Shown: positions 1-10,888, numbered from the stretch's first letter. The stretch is DNA of 64,000 nt from Candidatus Krumholzibacteriales bacterium (GCA_046483305.1 JAWODM010000062.1:1-64000); one strand, 5' to 3'. Program-made: numbers and translations. Notes: generated by a model not told the origin, from the sequence alone.

Positions 1-419
<419 letters not shown>

Positions 420-464
420 TAAAATTATAGATAGCAGCATGAAAAGCAGCGGGGGAGAACAGAG

Positions 465-662
465 ATGAGCTGGAGATTCATATTTCTTATTATAGTTCTG
501 TATTTTCTTTACAGATCCCTGAAGAAGATTTTCTTCTCCGCAACAGGCAGAAACGGCAGCGCCTATTCTAAAAGAAGAAATGATCCCTATTACGATAATA
601 TAACCGACCAGAAGATAGAAGACATAGAGTTCGAAGAAGTAGAGAACGAGGATAAGGAATGA
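465..662 (+). CDS. Small membrane-anchored hypothetical protein
   Basis: GGAG RBS, N-terminal hydrophobic helix, acidic C-tail ([10 protein letters not shown]). Confidence 0.7.
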   Translation: MSWRFIFLIIVLYFLYRSLKKIFFSATGRNGSAYSKRRNDPYYDNITDQKIEDIEFEEVENEDKE

Positions 663-967
663 TTTTTTTCAAGATACAGAAACCGGACAGAAGGAAATTC
701 AAGTCAAAGGTAAGGGAAAAAGCGAGAAGAGAGCGGGAACGTTATTATTCCGCTATTACAGTGGTAGTTGTGAAAATTATACTCCTGATCTTTCTCGGCG
801 TCCTGTTGAGTGTATCGATAAACCTTTTTAATTCGAGATTCCAGGATTCCAGCTTCGCGGTCAGGTACGCGGTCCCTTTTCTGGTTATAATATTCATGAT
901 AGTCCTCATATATTCTATTATAAATAGTATCATAGAGATAGCCAATCTATCCAGACGAAGAAAATAA
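659..967 (+). CDS. Hypothetical 2-TM membrane protein
   Basis: ATGA overlap with upstream ORF, basic N-terminus, two hydrophobic segments. Confidence 0.65.
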   Translation: MIFFKIQKPDRRKFKSKVREKARRERERYYSAITVVVVKIILLIFLGVLLSVSINLFNSRFQDSSFAVRYAVPFLVIIFMIVLIYSIINSIIEIANLSRRRK

Positions 968-1056
968 ATCCGGACATTCCTTTCGGCGCCCTTTCAAATT
1001 ATCAGAGTTCATTAATTCTTTGATCTTTCAATAAAAACAGGCTTTTGAGCGTACAA

Positions 1057-1071
1057 TGGCATATCTTTTGC
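1057..1071 (+). promoter_or_regulatory. Sigma54 -24/-12 promoter upstream of the diguanylate cyclase
   Basis: TGGCATATCTTTTGC = TGGCA-N6-TTGC with exact GG-N10-GC spacing. Confidence 0.7.
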
Positions 1072-1088
1072 GAATTTATGAAGCCAGC

Positions 1089-2159
1089 ATGAATACTATG
1101 GAGGAATACGGGCATAAAACCAAATATGAGATACTTCTCAAGACCTTCTCTGAGATATCCAGCCTGATAAGCCTGGGTAAGGAACGGGGAGTTATATTCA
1201 GTGAAATAATAAAGAGCGCCCTTGATATTCTTCCGGCCAGAACTGTTTACCTGATTATCCAGGAGAACGATAAGGTAAAGAAATATAAGGGAGAAAAGAG
1301 GGAAGGGGGAAGGTCTATCGATATCTCGAATATCAAGAACACCTCAGGGATATATAACTGGCTGAGAAGGGAATTAACCTCCGAACAGATAGACAAGAGG
1401 AGTATATTTTCCCTGGACCTTTCTACTATTGCTGAGGAATGCTGCGGAGACAGGGACGGATCCAGCGCCATCATATCTGCTCCCCTGATGTCCAAATCCT
1501 CGGTATTCGGCATAATAATGGCCATGAACGAATCGAGCGAATCGGTTTTCAGGGAAAGCGATATCCATTACCTCAATACTCTCGCCAACCAGGCGGCGAT
1601 CGCTTACGAAAACTATCTGCTTTACAAGAAGCTGAAGTACGAATCCATAACAGATGAATTGACCGGAATATACAATTACAGATTTCTGATAAGGTCTCTG
1701 AATATAGAGATCAAGAGAGTCCTCAGATTCGGGGGATTTTTCTCGTTCATGATGATAGATGTGGACAATCTCAAGGAATACAACGATAAGAACGGTCACC
1801 TGTACGGCAGCAGAGCTCTCAGGACTATTGGGGGTATCATAGAGAAGCAGTGCCGTGAAGTTGATACAGTCGCCAAATATGGAGGGGACGAATTCGCCCT
1901 TATTCTTCCCCGGACCGATCTGGAGGGAGCTAAGCTTTTGGGGGAAAGGATTCTGGATGCGGTATATAATCATGAATTCAACGAAAACAGGCGGGGAATA
2001 TTAACCTGCAGCATAGGGGTATCGATTTTTCCTCACCATTCAAAATATCTCAAGGAACTGATCAGAAAAGCCGACGCCGCTCTTTATTCCGCAAAGGAAG
2101 AGGGCAAGAATACGGTGAGGGTTTACCAGGTAATCCATAATAAGCTTGAAAAAAGTTGA
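1089..2159 (+). CDS. GAF-domain diguanylate cyclase
   Basis: GAF (LANQAAIAYEN), DELTGIYNYR, intact YGGDEF, RxxD I-site (REVD); start placed at 1089 because the 1056 ATG lies inside the sigma54 promoter. Confidence 0.9.
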   Translation: MNTMEEYGHKTKYEILLKTFSEISSLISLGKERGVIFSEIIKSALDILPARTVYLIIQENDKVKKYKGEKREGGRSIDISNIKNTSGIYNWLRRELTSEQIDKRSIFSLDLSTIAEECCGDRDGSSAIISAPLMSKSSVFGIIMAMNESSESVFRESDIHYLNTLANQAAIAYENYLLYKKLKYESITDELTGIYNYRFLIRSLNIEIKRVLRFGGFFSFMMIDVDNLKEYNDKNGHLYGSRALRTIGGIIEKQCREVDTVAKYGGDEFALILPRTDLEGAKLLGERILDAVYNHEFNENRRGILTCSIGVSIFPHHSKYLKELIRKADAALYSAKEEGKNTVRVYQVIHNKLEKS

Positions 2160-2279
2160 TCATTTAGTGCAGAATACCTTAAACAGCAGAGTGCGCCGTT
2201 TATGGCGGAGCCATTCAGATGTTCCGTTCCGGCTGGCTCGTAACTGATTTTGTCACCGTGTAATTTACGAGGAGTGAAG

Positions 2280-3572
2280 TTGGAATTAAAAGAAAGAATT
2301 GAATCCGGGAATGCCGTTCAGGCAGTAGTTGGACTTGGGTATGTAGGGCTTCCGCTGGCTGTGGAATTCGCGCTGGCCGGAATAGATACAGTGGGGATAG
2401 ATATAGCCGAAAATAAGATAGAGTCTATAAAGGCGGGCAGGAGCTATGTCAGGGATGTCCCGGACGAGAAACTCAGAAAGGTTGTGGAAAGCGGAAAGCT
2501 GAATGTATCAGGCGATTTTTCACTGCTCCGGGATGCCGATACCATAAATATTGCGGTTCCCACGCCGCTGAGAAAAACCAAGGACCCGGATATTTCCTAT
2601 ATAGTATCCGCTATGAATGAGATAAGGAAATACTTTCACCGGGACCAGGTAGTTATTCTGGAGAGTACCACCTATCCGGGTACCACCGAGGAGGTAATAC
2701 TCCCCATGCTTTCGGAGGGCGGGTTGAAGGTCGGCGAGGATTTCTATCTGGCTTTTTCCCCGGAGAGAGTGGATCCGGGCAATAAGGAATATACCACCAG
2801 GAATATACCCAAGGTAGTGGGCGGCGTTACAGCGAATTGTACAGAGTTGGCTGCGTCTATCTACAGCACTGCTGGCATGAATCCTGTTCCGGTCAGCTCT
2901 TCGCGGGTGGCGGAGACTGTTAAACTCCTGGAAAACACATTCAGAAGCGTGAATATCGGTCTGGTTAACGAGATCGCGCTGATGTGCAACAGGATGGGAA
3001 TTAATGTATGGGAAGTGATCGAAGCGGCAAAGACCAAACCGTTTGGATTCATGCCGTTCTATCCGGGGCCCGGCCTGGGCGGGCACTGTATTCCCATAGA
3101 CCCTTTCTATCTTTCATGGAAGGCAAAACAGAGCGGCTTTAATTCAGAATTCATAGAGCTTGCCGGGAGAGTGAACGGGGATATGCCCTCGCATGTAGTT
3201 ACCATGGTTGCGGACGCTCTCAACCGCGCCAGGAAGTGCGTTAACGGCGCCAGGATACTTATTATGGGGGTTTCCTATAAGAAGGACATAGATGATACCA
3301 GAGAGTCCCCGGCCTTTGATATAATACAGCTTCTTTCGATGAAAGGAGCCAGGGTATATTATTACGATAATAATATCGGGGACCTGGATGATAATCTTAA
3401 GGTAAAGAGGTTCGATTACAAAGCTGATAACCTCAGGGGAATCGATTGCGCTATAATAGTTACCGGCCATGGAAATGTTGACTATGAGCTGCTGGTGAAT
3501 AACTGCCCGCTGATATTCGATTCAAGGAATACCCTGAAGAATTTTGACGGAGAGAACATAATCAGACTATAA
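2280..3572 (+). CDS. UDP-N-acetylhexosamine 6-dehydrogenase (WbpA/TviB/WecC family)
   Basis: GLGYVGLPLA, ESTTYPGTT, FSPERVDPGN, GPGLGGHCIP; GAGGAG RBS before TTG at 2280. Confidence 0.92.
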   Translation: MELKERIESGNAVQAVVGLGYVGLPLAVEFALAGIDTVGIDIAENKIESIKAGRSYVRDVPDEKLRKVVESGKLNVSGDFSLLRDADTINIAVPTPLRKTKDPDISYIVSAMNEIRKYFHRDQVVILESTTYPGTTEEVILPMLSEGGLKVGEDFYLAFSPERVDPGNKEYTTRNIPKVVGGVTANCTELAASIYSTAGMNPVPVSSSRVAETVKLLENTFRSVNIGLVNEIALMCNRMGINVWEVIEAAKTKPFGFMPFYPGPGLGGHCIPIDPFYLSWKAKQSGFNSEFIELAGRVNGDMPSHVVTMVADALNRARKCVNGARILIMGVSYKKDIDDTRESPAFDIIQLLSMKGARVYYYDNNIGDLDDNLKVKRFDYKADNLRGIDCAIIVTGHGNVDYELLVNNCPLIFDSRNTLKNFDGENIIRL

Positions 3573-3595
3573 GCGAAATCGCAGGAGGAGGCAAT

Positions 3596-4537
3596 ATGTC
3601 TAAATATCTGGTAACCGGAGGAGCGGGTTTTATCGGATCCAATATAGTTGAAGAGCTGGTTGAGATGGGGGAAGAGGTGGTAGTCCTTGACGATCTTTCG
3701 ACAGGTTATCTGGATAATATAGAGGGTTTCATGGATGATATCGATCTGATAAAAGGGGATATACGGGACGGCGAAGCGGTCCGTAAAGGGATGGCCGGAG
3801 TAGATTATGTGCTTCACCAGGCGGCACTGGCTTCGGTTCCACGCAGCATAGATGACCCGGTCCTGGTGAACGACGTCAATGTCAACGGTACTATCAATAT
3901 CCTGGAACATGCCAGAAAAGCCGGTGTTAAGAGACTGGTATATGCCGCGTCTTCCTCCGCCTACGGCGATTCCGAAATCTCACCCAAAAACGAACAGCTC
4001 AGGCCCCGTCCGCTGTCTCCGTACGCTGTGAGCAAGCTGGTGGGGGAGCATTACTGTTCAGTCTATTCGAATGTATACGGCCTGCCCACCATATCGCTGA
4101 GGTATTTCAACGTATTCGGGCCCCGGCAGGATCCAGGGTCCCAGTACGCGGCAGTAGTGCCTATTTTCATATCGAGCCTGCTGGAAGGTAGAACGCCGGT
4201 CATATACGGAGACGGCGAACAGAGCAGGGACTTCACCTTCGTAAGCAACGTGGTAAGAGCCAACATACTTGCGGCAAAATCGGAGGGAGCCGCGGGAGAG
4301 ATGATGAACGTGGCCTGCGGAGATCAGTATACAGTTAACCGGCTGCTGGAAATAATCAGTGAATACCTGGGCAGCGACACCGAACCGGAGTTCGAGGATC
4401 CGAGGCCGGGAGACGTGAAACATTCCCTGGCTGATATTTCGAAAGCCGGGCGGATGATCGATTATTCGGTAGAGGTAAGCTTCGAAGAGGGTTTAAGGAA
4501 AACAATCGATTGGTATAGACAGAACCAACAGTCTTGA
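3596..4537 (+). CDS. NAD-dependent nucleotide-sugar 4-epimerase (WbpP-like SDR)
   Basis: TGGAGFIGS, YAVSK (YxxxK), LRYFNVFGPRQDP. Confidence 0.92.
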   Translation: MSKYLVTGGAGFIGSNIVEELVEMGEEVVVLDDLSTGYLDNIEGFMDDIDLIKGDIRDGEAVRKGMAGVDYVLHQAALASVPRSIDDPVLVNDVNVNGTINILEHARKAGVKRLVYAASSSAYGDSEISPKNEQLRPRPLSPYAVSKLVGEHYCSVYSNVYGLPTISLRYFNVFGPRQDPGSQYAAVVPIFISSLLEGRTPVIYGDGEQSRDFTFVSNVVRANILAAKSEGAAGEMMNVACGDQYTVNRLLEIISEYLGSDTEPEFEDPRPGDVKHSLADISKAGRMIDYSVEVSFEEGLRKTIDWYRQNQQS

Positions 4538-4587
4538 ATATAATAATTCAAGCGAATCAGTCTTTAAATATAATGCGGGCGGTTAAA

Positions 4588-5529
4588 ATGAAACGTAAAA
4601 AATCAATAACCCTGCTGATGGCTCTGTTTGTGATTAATATGAGTGCAGGCCCGTTCCTGCTTGCTCAGAGTATAACACTCGGCGAGGGAGACAGGCTCAG
4701 GCTGGCTGTTCAGGAGAGGCCGGAACTGGATCGCATGCTGGTCATCAGCGAGCAGAATGAAGTAAATATACCGGAGACCCGGCCGATACGGATCGGCGGC
4801 CTCTCTCTTTCGGATGCCGAGAGCATAATCCTGGAAAAGCTGAGAGAAATATACCCGGACATAAGTCAGATTGAACTGTCTCTGATCGGTGAGGAGAAAC
4901 GAAGGCTGATATATGTTCAGGGACAGGTGGTGAGACCCGGAAGGTATGAATTTGTGGATCCGCCGAATGTGTGGGAGGTGATAAGGGAAGCGGGAGGCGC
5001 TTCTCCGAGCGCCGCGCTGGAATCGGTGAGGATAATAAGGGGCAGGGGAGATGAGCAGAGAACCGAGACCGTGAATCTGCAGCGGGCTATAGACAGTGGA
5101 GATTTCAGTTCACTGCCGGTTCTGAGGCTGGGGGATACCGTATTTGTTCCCGAGAGAGGAACCAGTATAAGCGCCGAAGGATCGGTTATAGTGTTGGGAG
5201 CCATAGCAGCTCCCGGCGCCTATAACCTGGGAAAGGATAAGAGGCTGGAGGATGCCATAGCTGCGGCAGGCGGATTCTCGTCGAATCCCCAGCTGGACAA
5301 TATCACCATCCTGAGAGAAAAGACAGGCCGTGAAGTTGATATCATAACAGTAAATTTCAATCTTTACATGGACTATGGGGATATGAAGAACAATCCGGTT
5401 ATCTATCCGGGGGATACCGTGAATATCCCCAGACAGACTAATATTCTACGGCAGATATTTACCAATCCGGGATACATTCTCGCGCTGGTTACTACAGTTA
5501 TAACAGTGTCTTCCTTGTGGAGTGATTAA
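4588..5529 (+). CDS. Polysaccharide export protein with SLBB domains (Wza/OPX-like)
   Basis: Signal peptide, LGEGDRLRL poly-export start, two SLBB repeats (GQVVRPGRY; GAIAAPGAY...AAGG), PGDTVNIP. Confidence 0.85.
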   Translation: MKRKKSITLLMALFVINMSAGPFLLAQSITLGEGDRLRLAVQERPELDRMLVISEQNEVNIPETRPIRIGGLSLSDAESIILEKLREIYPDISQIELSLIGEEKRRLIYVQGQVVRPGRYEFVDPPNVWEVIREAGGASPSAALESVRIIRGRGDEQRTETVNLQRAIDSGDFSSLPVLRLGDTVFVPERGTSISAEGSVIVLGAIAAPGAYNLGKDKRLEDAIAAAGGFSSNPQLDNITILREKTGREVDIITVNFNLYMDYGDMKNNPVIYPGDTVNIPRQTNILRQIFTNPGYILALVTTVITVSSLWSD

Positions 5530-5555
5530 TTCGTTTCGGCGAAAGTGGGAAAAGA

Positions 5556-7217
5556 GTGGATAATGTAAGAAAAATCACACCTGAGCAGAATCCTGAAAGG
5601 ATAGACCTGAAGGAGTACTGGAAGATATTATGGCGGAAGAAATACATGCTGATAATTCCTGCGGTGATATCTATGGCCATCTCAATCTTCGGAGTCAGGC
5701 AGCTGACTCCGGTCTATCAGTCCTCCACTGTGATTTCGGCGGAAAGGGACCGGGCTTTTTCCGGTTCTGTGGACAGGTATATCTCGGATAACGGGGGAAA
5801 CAGCAGGAATCGAAGGTACCTCTCCATGGTCAGGGCTGAAATAAACAGCACCAGTTTCCTTGAATCTGTAATCGAGAAACTGGGCCTGATGGAGGCGGCC
5901 GCCGCCAGGGGATACTTGAGGGACAGGCAGAGCGGGGAGGAAGTTGTTTCTCCAGAGGACAGGCTCCGCAGAGAGTTAGTGGGGCTGCTCAGCGATAAGT
6001 TGGAGGTGTCTTCGCCGGCTCCAGGTTTTTACAGGATAGGAGTTCTGGATACGGATCCGGAGAACGCCCATATTCTGGCCGAAGAAATAACAGAAGCGTA
6101 TCTTGACGCTCAGCAGACGCAGAAGATAGCGGGGATCAGGAAGGCCGGCGCTTTCAGCAACGAACAGCTGGCGATATACAGGGAAAAGCTGGATGCTTCC
6201 GAGAAGGAACTTGCCCGGCTGGAAGCTGAACTGAACAGAAGCGACCAGGAAGGCAACCCGGTGAACGGCAGAAACGTGAATGCGGCAAAGGTCAGGCTGA
6301 ACAACCTCAAGGCGGAGGTGGGAAAGAACAGAATCACCCTGAACAGGATCAGAAACAGGCTTACCTCAATATTCGAGATGATTCCTTCCAGCCGCCGGAT
6401 TGCGGAGAACGAAAGGGTGCAGAGCATAGAGAATCAGCTTTCCGCGACAGGGGATGAGAGGATGCTGGCAGTGATGGGATCAGAGTCCGGATTAGAAGAT
6501 ATAGATCAGAGAATCGAATCTCTCTGGGACCAGTTGAGAGCCAGAATAGGGGCGATTGTAAGGGAGGAATACTCTGAAGTCTCGGGTGAATATCACCCGA
6601 TTATTACAGAATATTTCTTTCAGCAGTATAAACTTCAGTACTACCAGACCAAGGTTAATAAACTTGAGGGTTACATAGAACAGTACGAGAACGACCTGCA
6701 GAGGCGCCCAATGCTGGAAAGAAGAATAGAGAGCGTAAGAAGAGAAGTTGAAAATAACCGTGCCATATATCAGGCGTTCCTGGAGTCCAAGACGTCGGCG
6801 CAGATAAGCGAGGCCGTGCAGAGCTCCCAGCTGGGGTTGAACTTCGAGATAATAGAAAAGGCAAAGAAACCGCTTTCCCCGGTCAAACCTAATAAAATCA
6901 AGATTATTATCGTCGCCCTGATGTTCGGTTGCGCTACCGGGGCGGGGGCTATCCTGTTATCCGAATACGTGGACGATTCCTTCAAGTCAGTTGAAGAGGT
7001 GGAGAGAGTTCTTCAACTTCCCGTTCTTGGGACCATTCCCAGGACTGTAGATCAGTTCCAGTGGGAAAGAAGGGATCTGGGGCGTAAGATGCTGGTTTGG
7101 ATTGTCAGTATCTTCATATTCGCGTCAGTGATAAGCGGAGCCATATATTTCTATGCAAATTCTCTCAAGTCATCAAGGCTGGGATTCAGGATCAGCGACA
7201 CCATCAAAGGGGATTGA
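5556..7217 (+). CDS. Polysaccharide co-polymerase / chain-length determinant (Wzz/GumC/Wzc N-terminal part)
   Basis: IDLKEYWKILWRKK, PVYQS, long coiled coil, PVKPNK plus Gly-rich TM, LPVLGTIP. Confidence 0.88.
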   Translation: MDNVRKITPEQNPERIDLKEYWKILWRKKYMLIIPAVISMAISIFGVRQLTPVYQSSTVISAERDRAFSGSVDRYISDNGGNSRNRRYLSMVRAEINSTSFLESVIEKLGLMEAAAARGYLRDRQSGEEVVSPEDRLRRELVGLLSDKLEVSSPAPGFYRIGVLDTDPENAHILAEEITEAYLDAQQTQKIAGIRKAGAFSNEQLAIYREKLDASEKELARLEAELNRSDQEGNPVNGRNVNAAKVRLNNLKAEVGKNRITLNRIRNRLTSIFEMIPSSRRIAENERVQSIENQLSATGDERMLAVMGSESGLEDIDQRIESLWDQLRARIGAIVREEYSEVSGEYHPIITEYFFQQYKLQYYQTKVNKLEGYIEQYENDLQRRPMLERRIESVRREVENNRAIYQAFLESKTSAQISEAVQSSQLGLNFEIIEKAKKPLSPVKPNKIKIIIVALMFGCATGAGAILLSEYVDDSFKSVEEVERVLQLPVLGTIPRTVDQFQWERRDLGRKMLVWIVSIFIFASVISGAIYFYANSLKSSRLGFRISDTIKGD

Positions 7218-7219
7218 GC

Positions 7220-7924
7220 TTGAAAAAAGAGGATAAACCAAAAGATATCTTCAATATGTTCGACCAGGAGAGCCCTATCGCGACTGAGATGAGAAGGCTT
7301 TACTCCAATATCAGAAATAGGCTCAAGAAGAAATCAATGCGGAGTTTTCTGATAACCAGCGCTAACCGTGGTGAAGGCAAAAGTACTGTGGCATCGCACC
7401 TGGCCCTTACGGTGGCGCGCTTCAAAGACAAGAAATCCCTGATTGTAGACTCTGATTTGAGAAGGCCGAAAATCGATAAGATCTTTGATCTTCCCAAGGA
7501 GCCGGGATTGTTTGAATGCCTGCAGGGCGAGGTTGACCCCCTGGATGTAGTAAAGGATACCAGGATTGAAAACCTGAAGGTGATAACCAGCGGCAGGCCC
7601 GGAGGCTCTCCGGCACACCTGTTCGAGCGGGATGTGATGGCTGAGATATTCGAAAAGATCAAATTCTATTATGATATTGTCATAGTGGACAGCGCCCCGG
7701 TTATCCCTGTCAGCGACCCCATGCTTATTTCGGGAGCGGTGGATGGGGTGATACTGGTGACCCTGGCGGGAAAAACGCCCCGGAACGTAGCGGTGAGAGC
7801 CAGAAATATATTGCAGGATGCGGATGCCAATATAATCGGAGTGGTAGTCAATAATCTCTCGGAGGTACTCCCTTATTATTATGATTATAATTATTATGGT
7901 TACAGCAGTAAGCTTAAGAAGTGA
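7220..7924 (+). CDS. CpsD/CapB-family BY-kinase (tyrosine autokinase)
   Basis: GEGKST Walker A, DSDLRRP, IVDSAP, C-terminal Tyr cluster YYYDYNYYGY; in-frame TTG at 7220. Confidence 0.92.
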   Translation: MKKEDKPKDIFNMFDQESPIATEMRRLYSNIRNRLKKKSMRSFLITSANRGEGKSTVASHLALTVARFKDKKSLIVDSDLRRPKIDKIFDLPKEPGLFECLQGEVDPLDVVKDTRIENLKVITSGRPGGSPAHLFERDVMAEIFEKIKFYYDIVIVDSAPVIPVSDPMLISGAVDGVILVTLAGKTPRNVAVRARNILQDADANIIGVVVNNLSEVLPYYYDYNYYGYSSKLKK

Positions 7925-7934
7925 GGAATAGATT

Positions 7935-9041
7935 ATGAAGAGAGATCCCCGGCGCGGGGTAGCGACAATTTTATTTCTTTCAGTACTATTCGCCTTGAGC
8001 GGCTCTGCCCGGTCAGCTCCTGATTCTCTCTGCTGTTCCTTCAGCAGCCTCTCTCCAGGTTTAAGATTAACCATCAGCCGGGACTATACAATCAGCGGGA
8101 TGCTTCCATTGAGGGTCTGCGATTTAAGGCGGGACCTGCAATATGATGTCTCAACATTCGGGAGAGGTTACGAAAAGAGAGCGGCGGAGATGGAACTGAC
8201 TGACGAAGGAATCCCTGAAATAACGGGTTACAGAACTGAAACTGTTCTGATGAACAGTATTCTGCCAACCAGCGGGACCTTTATGCGGGGAAGAGAGCAG
8301 CAGGGTTATCTGGATCTGCTTTCTATGGCGGGAGGGCTTTATCAGTTCTATGAGGAGAACAGCGAGTACCATGACCTCAAGGACAGATACGACAGGCTCA
8401 ATTCATACCTTCAGAGTTCAGGAAGTATCGATCAAGCCGAACAGCTGCGAAAGGAAGCGCACCGCGCCTATATTTACGCGGAACAGCAGAATACCTACCG
8501 TAAACAGCTGTTCGCGCTGACCTCCGCTCTCTACGCGTTTCAGGTTCTGGAGCCTTTGTTTATAGATAACCCGCCGCCATACAGAAGGGATCAGGGCAGT
8601 TCCCATATTGTTTTCAGCGGCAGAAGAAAGAGCACCGGCAAAGCCTTCCTCTATTCCCTGGTCAGGCCGGGGCGGGGGCAGTATTACCAGGGGAAGAATA
8701 TACGGGGATTGTTCTATTCGGCTGTATCCGTACTGGCCGGATATGTTGCTCTGGACCAGAACAATCAGTACCAGAAGAAGCTCGATGATTATAATATAAC
8801 ACTGGAAGAATATAATTATGCCCGGACGATCAGTGAAAGAAGTGAATATATCAGGACTGCCTCTATTCTAAGGGAAGATGCGGAAGATGCCAGGGATAAC
8901 AGGGATCTTTCACTTTACATCCTTGCGGGAATCTGGGGAGCCAATCTGATCGATACCCTCCTGTTCGAATGCAGGGGGGTCCAATGCGGATATTCATTTA
9001 ATGTTACGCCGGGAGGCTTTGAACTTGCTTACAGATTCTGA
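7935..9041 (+). CDS. Exported hypothetical protein with two DUF5683-like repeats
   Basis: Signal peptide; repeated S-x-x-P-G-x-G unit (SILPTSGTFMRG, SLVRPGRGQYYQG) each followed by hydrophobic helix and coiled stretch; ends in F. Confidence 0.6.
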   Translation: MKRDPRRGVATILFLSVLFALSGSARSAPDSLCCSFSSLSPGLRLTISRDYTISGMLPLRVCDLRRDLQYDVSTFGRGYEKRAAEMELTDEGIPEITGYRTETVLMNSILPTSGTFMRGREQQGYLDLLSMAGGLYQFYEENSEYHDLKDRYDRLNSYLQSSGSIDQAEQLRKEAHRAYIYAEQQNTYRKQLFALTSALYAFQVLEPLFIDNPPPYRRDQGSSHIVFSGRRKSTGKAFLYSLVRPGRGQYYQGKNIRGLFYSAVSVLAGYVALDQNNQYQKKLDDYNITLEEYNYARTISERSEYIRTASILREDAEDARDNRDLSLYILAGIWGANLIDTLLFECRGVQCGYSFNVTPGGFELAYRF

Positions 9042-9062
9042 TATCACGGAGGTTGGAAAATT

Positions 9063-10622
9063 ATGAGCAGGCTTTTTTCGCAAATTATCATGGTGATATT
9101 GGTAATTTTGCTGGCGGGTATGATCACCGGCTGTTTTGACAGTATCGAGGAGATACCCCTCAACGGGGAAGTGGAGGAGATAGAAGCCCCTGAAATTATA
9201 CAGGTAAACACAGAGGACGGAGCGGTGACTCTGGCCTGGAACACCGTGGATAAAGCGGAGGGGTATCGTGTTTACAGGCGGACGGTCCAGGGAGACGAAA
9301 GAATGGTTGCCGGAACTGCGGACACTTCATATACAGACAGGAACCTTCTTAACGGGAGGGATTATTACTATTCGGTCGCGGGAGTCGGCAGCAGCGAGCT
9401 GGAAGGGTCAAGGTCAGAATGGGTTCAGGCGGTTCCCTCTGCATACTCCATTGTAATTAATCAGGGAAGCGGGTATACAAATTCCCGGAATGCGGTTCTC
9501 ACCTTAACCGCCCCGGTAACTACCTCGCTGATGAAGATCTCAAACGACGCCGGCCTCGACGGGGCGGACTGGGAAACCTTCAGGACTACCAGGAGCTGGA
9601 TTCTGAAAAGCGGTGACGGATTGAAAACGGTTTACGCGGTGTTCATGGATGAGAACGGAAGCGAATCAGGCGTGGTTACCAAAACCGTCAACCTGGATAC
9701 CTACGCGTCAGTAAGCGGGATAACCATCGCCCCTGAGTCAGGTAATAACATTGGAGATATTATTCATTTCAGGATGGATGTGGAAGGGAATGAAACGGAG
9801 GGTGAAGGGCATATCAATATTGAAGGGTATTCCCGGGATATAGAGCTCTACGACAACGGAGTTTCCGGTGACAATGAGGCGTCTGACGGGATTTATGAAG
9901 TGGATTTCAGGAGTCCAAGTTCTTTGCGGGGAGTTGATCTGATGGTAACCGGGATATTTACCGACAGAGCGGGGAATATATCGCCGCTCTTTGAAGCGGA
10001 GGGAACCCTCTCTTTTACAGATCCCCCGGAGCCGGTCAATCTTTTAGGCGCAATCGACTCTACTGTTAACAGAATAACCATAAACTGGGTACCTTCGGTG
10101 GACCAGAATTTCCATATGTACAGAATTTACCGGGATACCGTATCCCACAGCGAAGCTGAATTCGAGGATCCAAGGTACAGAATCAGGGAACTGTTTAATC
10201 CTGAGCAGGATTCCTATCCGGACAGCGGCCTGGAGGAAGCGCAGGTTTACTATTACAGGATATTTGTGGTAAATGATATGGATGAGACAGCGGCAAGCAA
10301 CCAGATTTCAGCTCATACCTATGACGCCATGCCTGATCCTGTTACCCTCGATCCGCTCTCATCGATTGGCGCAGATCGTGTTACTCTGACCTGGAGCGTC
10401 AACCAGAACTCCGACTTCATGGAGTACAGGATATACCGGGATACATCCCCCGGGGTTACCAACCAGCCTTCTCTGCTGGTAGCCACCATAGAGGACAGGG
10501 AGATTACATGGTATGACGATACCGGTATTGATTTGACAATTAACGATTTATATTATAGAATATACATATATGATAAAAGTGGGAATTTCAGCAGAAGTAA
10601 CGAAGTGACATCTGCTGAGTAG
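9063..10622 (+). CDS. Fibronectin type III repeat lipoprotein
   Basis: Lipobox ITGC; three W...YxxYR...Y.D...YYY FN3-like repeats; LYDNGVSGDNEASDGIY Ca-binding-like motif. Confidence 0.8.
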   Translation: MSRLFSQIIMVILVILLAGMITGCFDSIEEIPLNGEVEEIEAPEIIQVNTEDGAVTLAWNTVDKAEGYRVYRRTVQGDERMVAGTADTSYTDRNLLNGRDYYYSVAGVGSSELEGSRSEWVQAVPSAYSIVINQGSGYTNSRNAVLTLTAPVTTSLMKISNDAGLDGADWETFRTTRSWILKSGDGLKTVYAVFMDENGSESGVVTKTVNLDTYASVSGITIAPESGNNIGDIIHFRMDVEGNETEGEGHINIEGYSRDIELYDNGVSGDNEASDGIYEVDFRSPSSLRGVDLMVTGIFTDRAGNISPLFEAEGTLSFTDPPEPVNLLGAIDSTVNRITINWVPSVDQNFHMYRIYRDTVSHSEAEFEDPRYRIRELFNPEQDSYPDSGLEEAQVYYYRIFVVNDMDETAASNQISAHTYDAMPDPVTLDPLSSIGADRVTLTWSVNQNSDFMEYRIYRDTSPGVTNQPSLLVATIEDREITWYDDTGIDLTINDLYYRIYIYDKSGNFSRSNEVTSAE

Positions 10623-10648
10623 AAAAGTACTAAGGGACGAGGGACTGC

Positions 10649-10695
10649 GGAAAAATTACCAAAAAAATCTGAAATATGGGTAATAATACCCATAT
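10649..10695. promoter_or_regulatory. Candidate tandem upstream activator sites for a sigma54 enhancer-binding protein
   Basis: Perfect palindrome ATATGGGTA-ATAA-TACCCATAT (10674-10695) and a weaker GG-N8-CC copy exactly 30 bp upstream. Confidence 0.5.
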
Positions 10696-10821
10696 CATTA
10701 TCTCAGGTTTGAGCCGTATTGAACGAGGCCCGAATTGGTGTATGGTGTAACTGGCTGTATTACAGTAGGATACAGTGTGTATATAATGTGTTATATGAAG
10801 TGGTCGAATGGCAGGATTTTT

Positions 10822-10836
10822 CGGTATAGATGTTGC
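10822..10836 (+). promoter_or_regulatory. Sigma54 -24/-12 promoter upstream of the sugar transferase
   Basis: CGGTATAGATGTTGC, GG-N10-GC with TTGC -12 element. Confidence 0.6.
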
Positions 10837-10888
10837 ATATGCTATATCACAAGTATTGTTATATTCAATTTTTGTGTAAATATTAAAA

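Noticed and set aside
2204..2212. ops/JUMPstart element (GGCGGAGCC)
   Set aside because: Does not match GGCGGTAG and no RfaH-like gene is in the window
7869..7905. TAT/TTA microsatellite-like run
   Set aside because: Encodes the normal Tyr cluster of the BY-kinase
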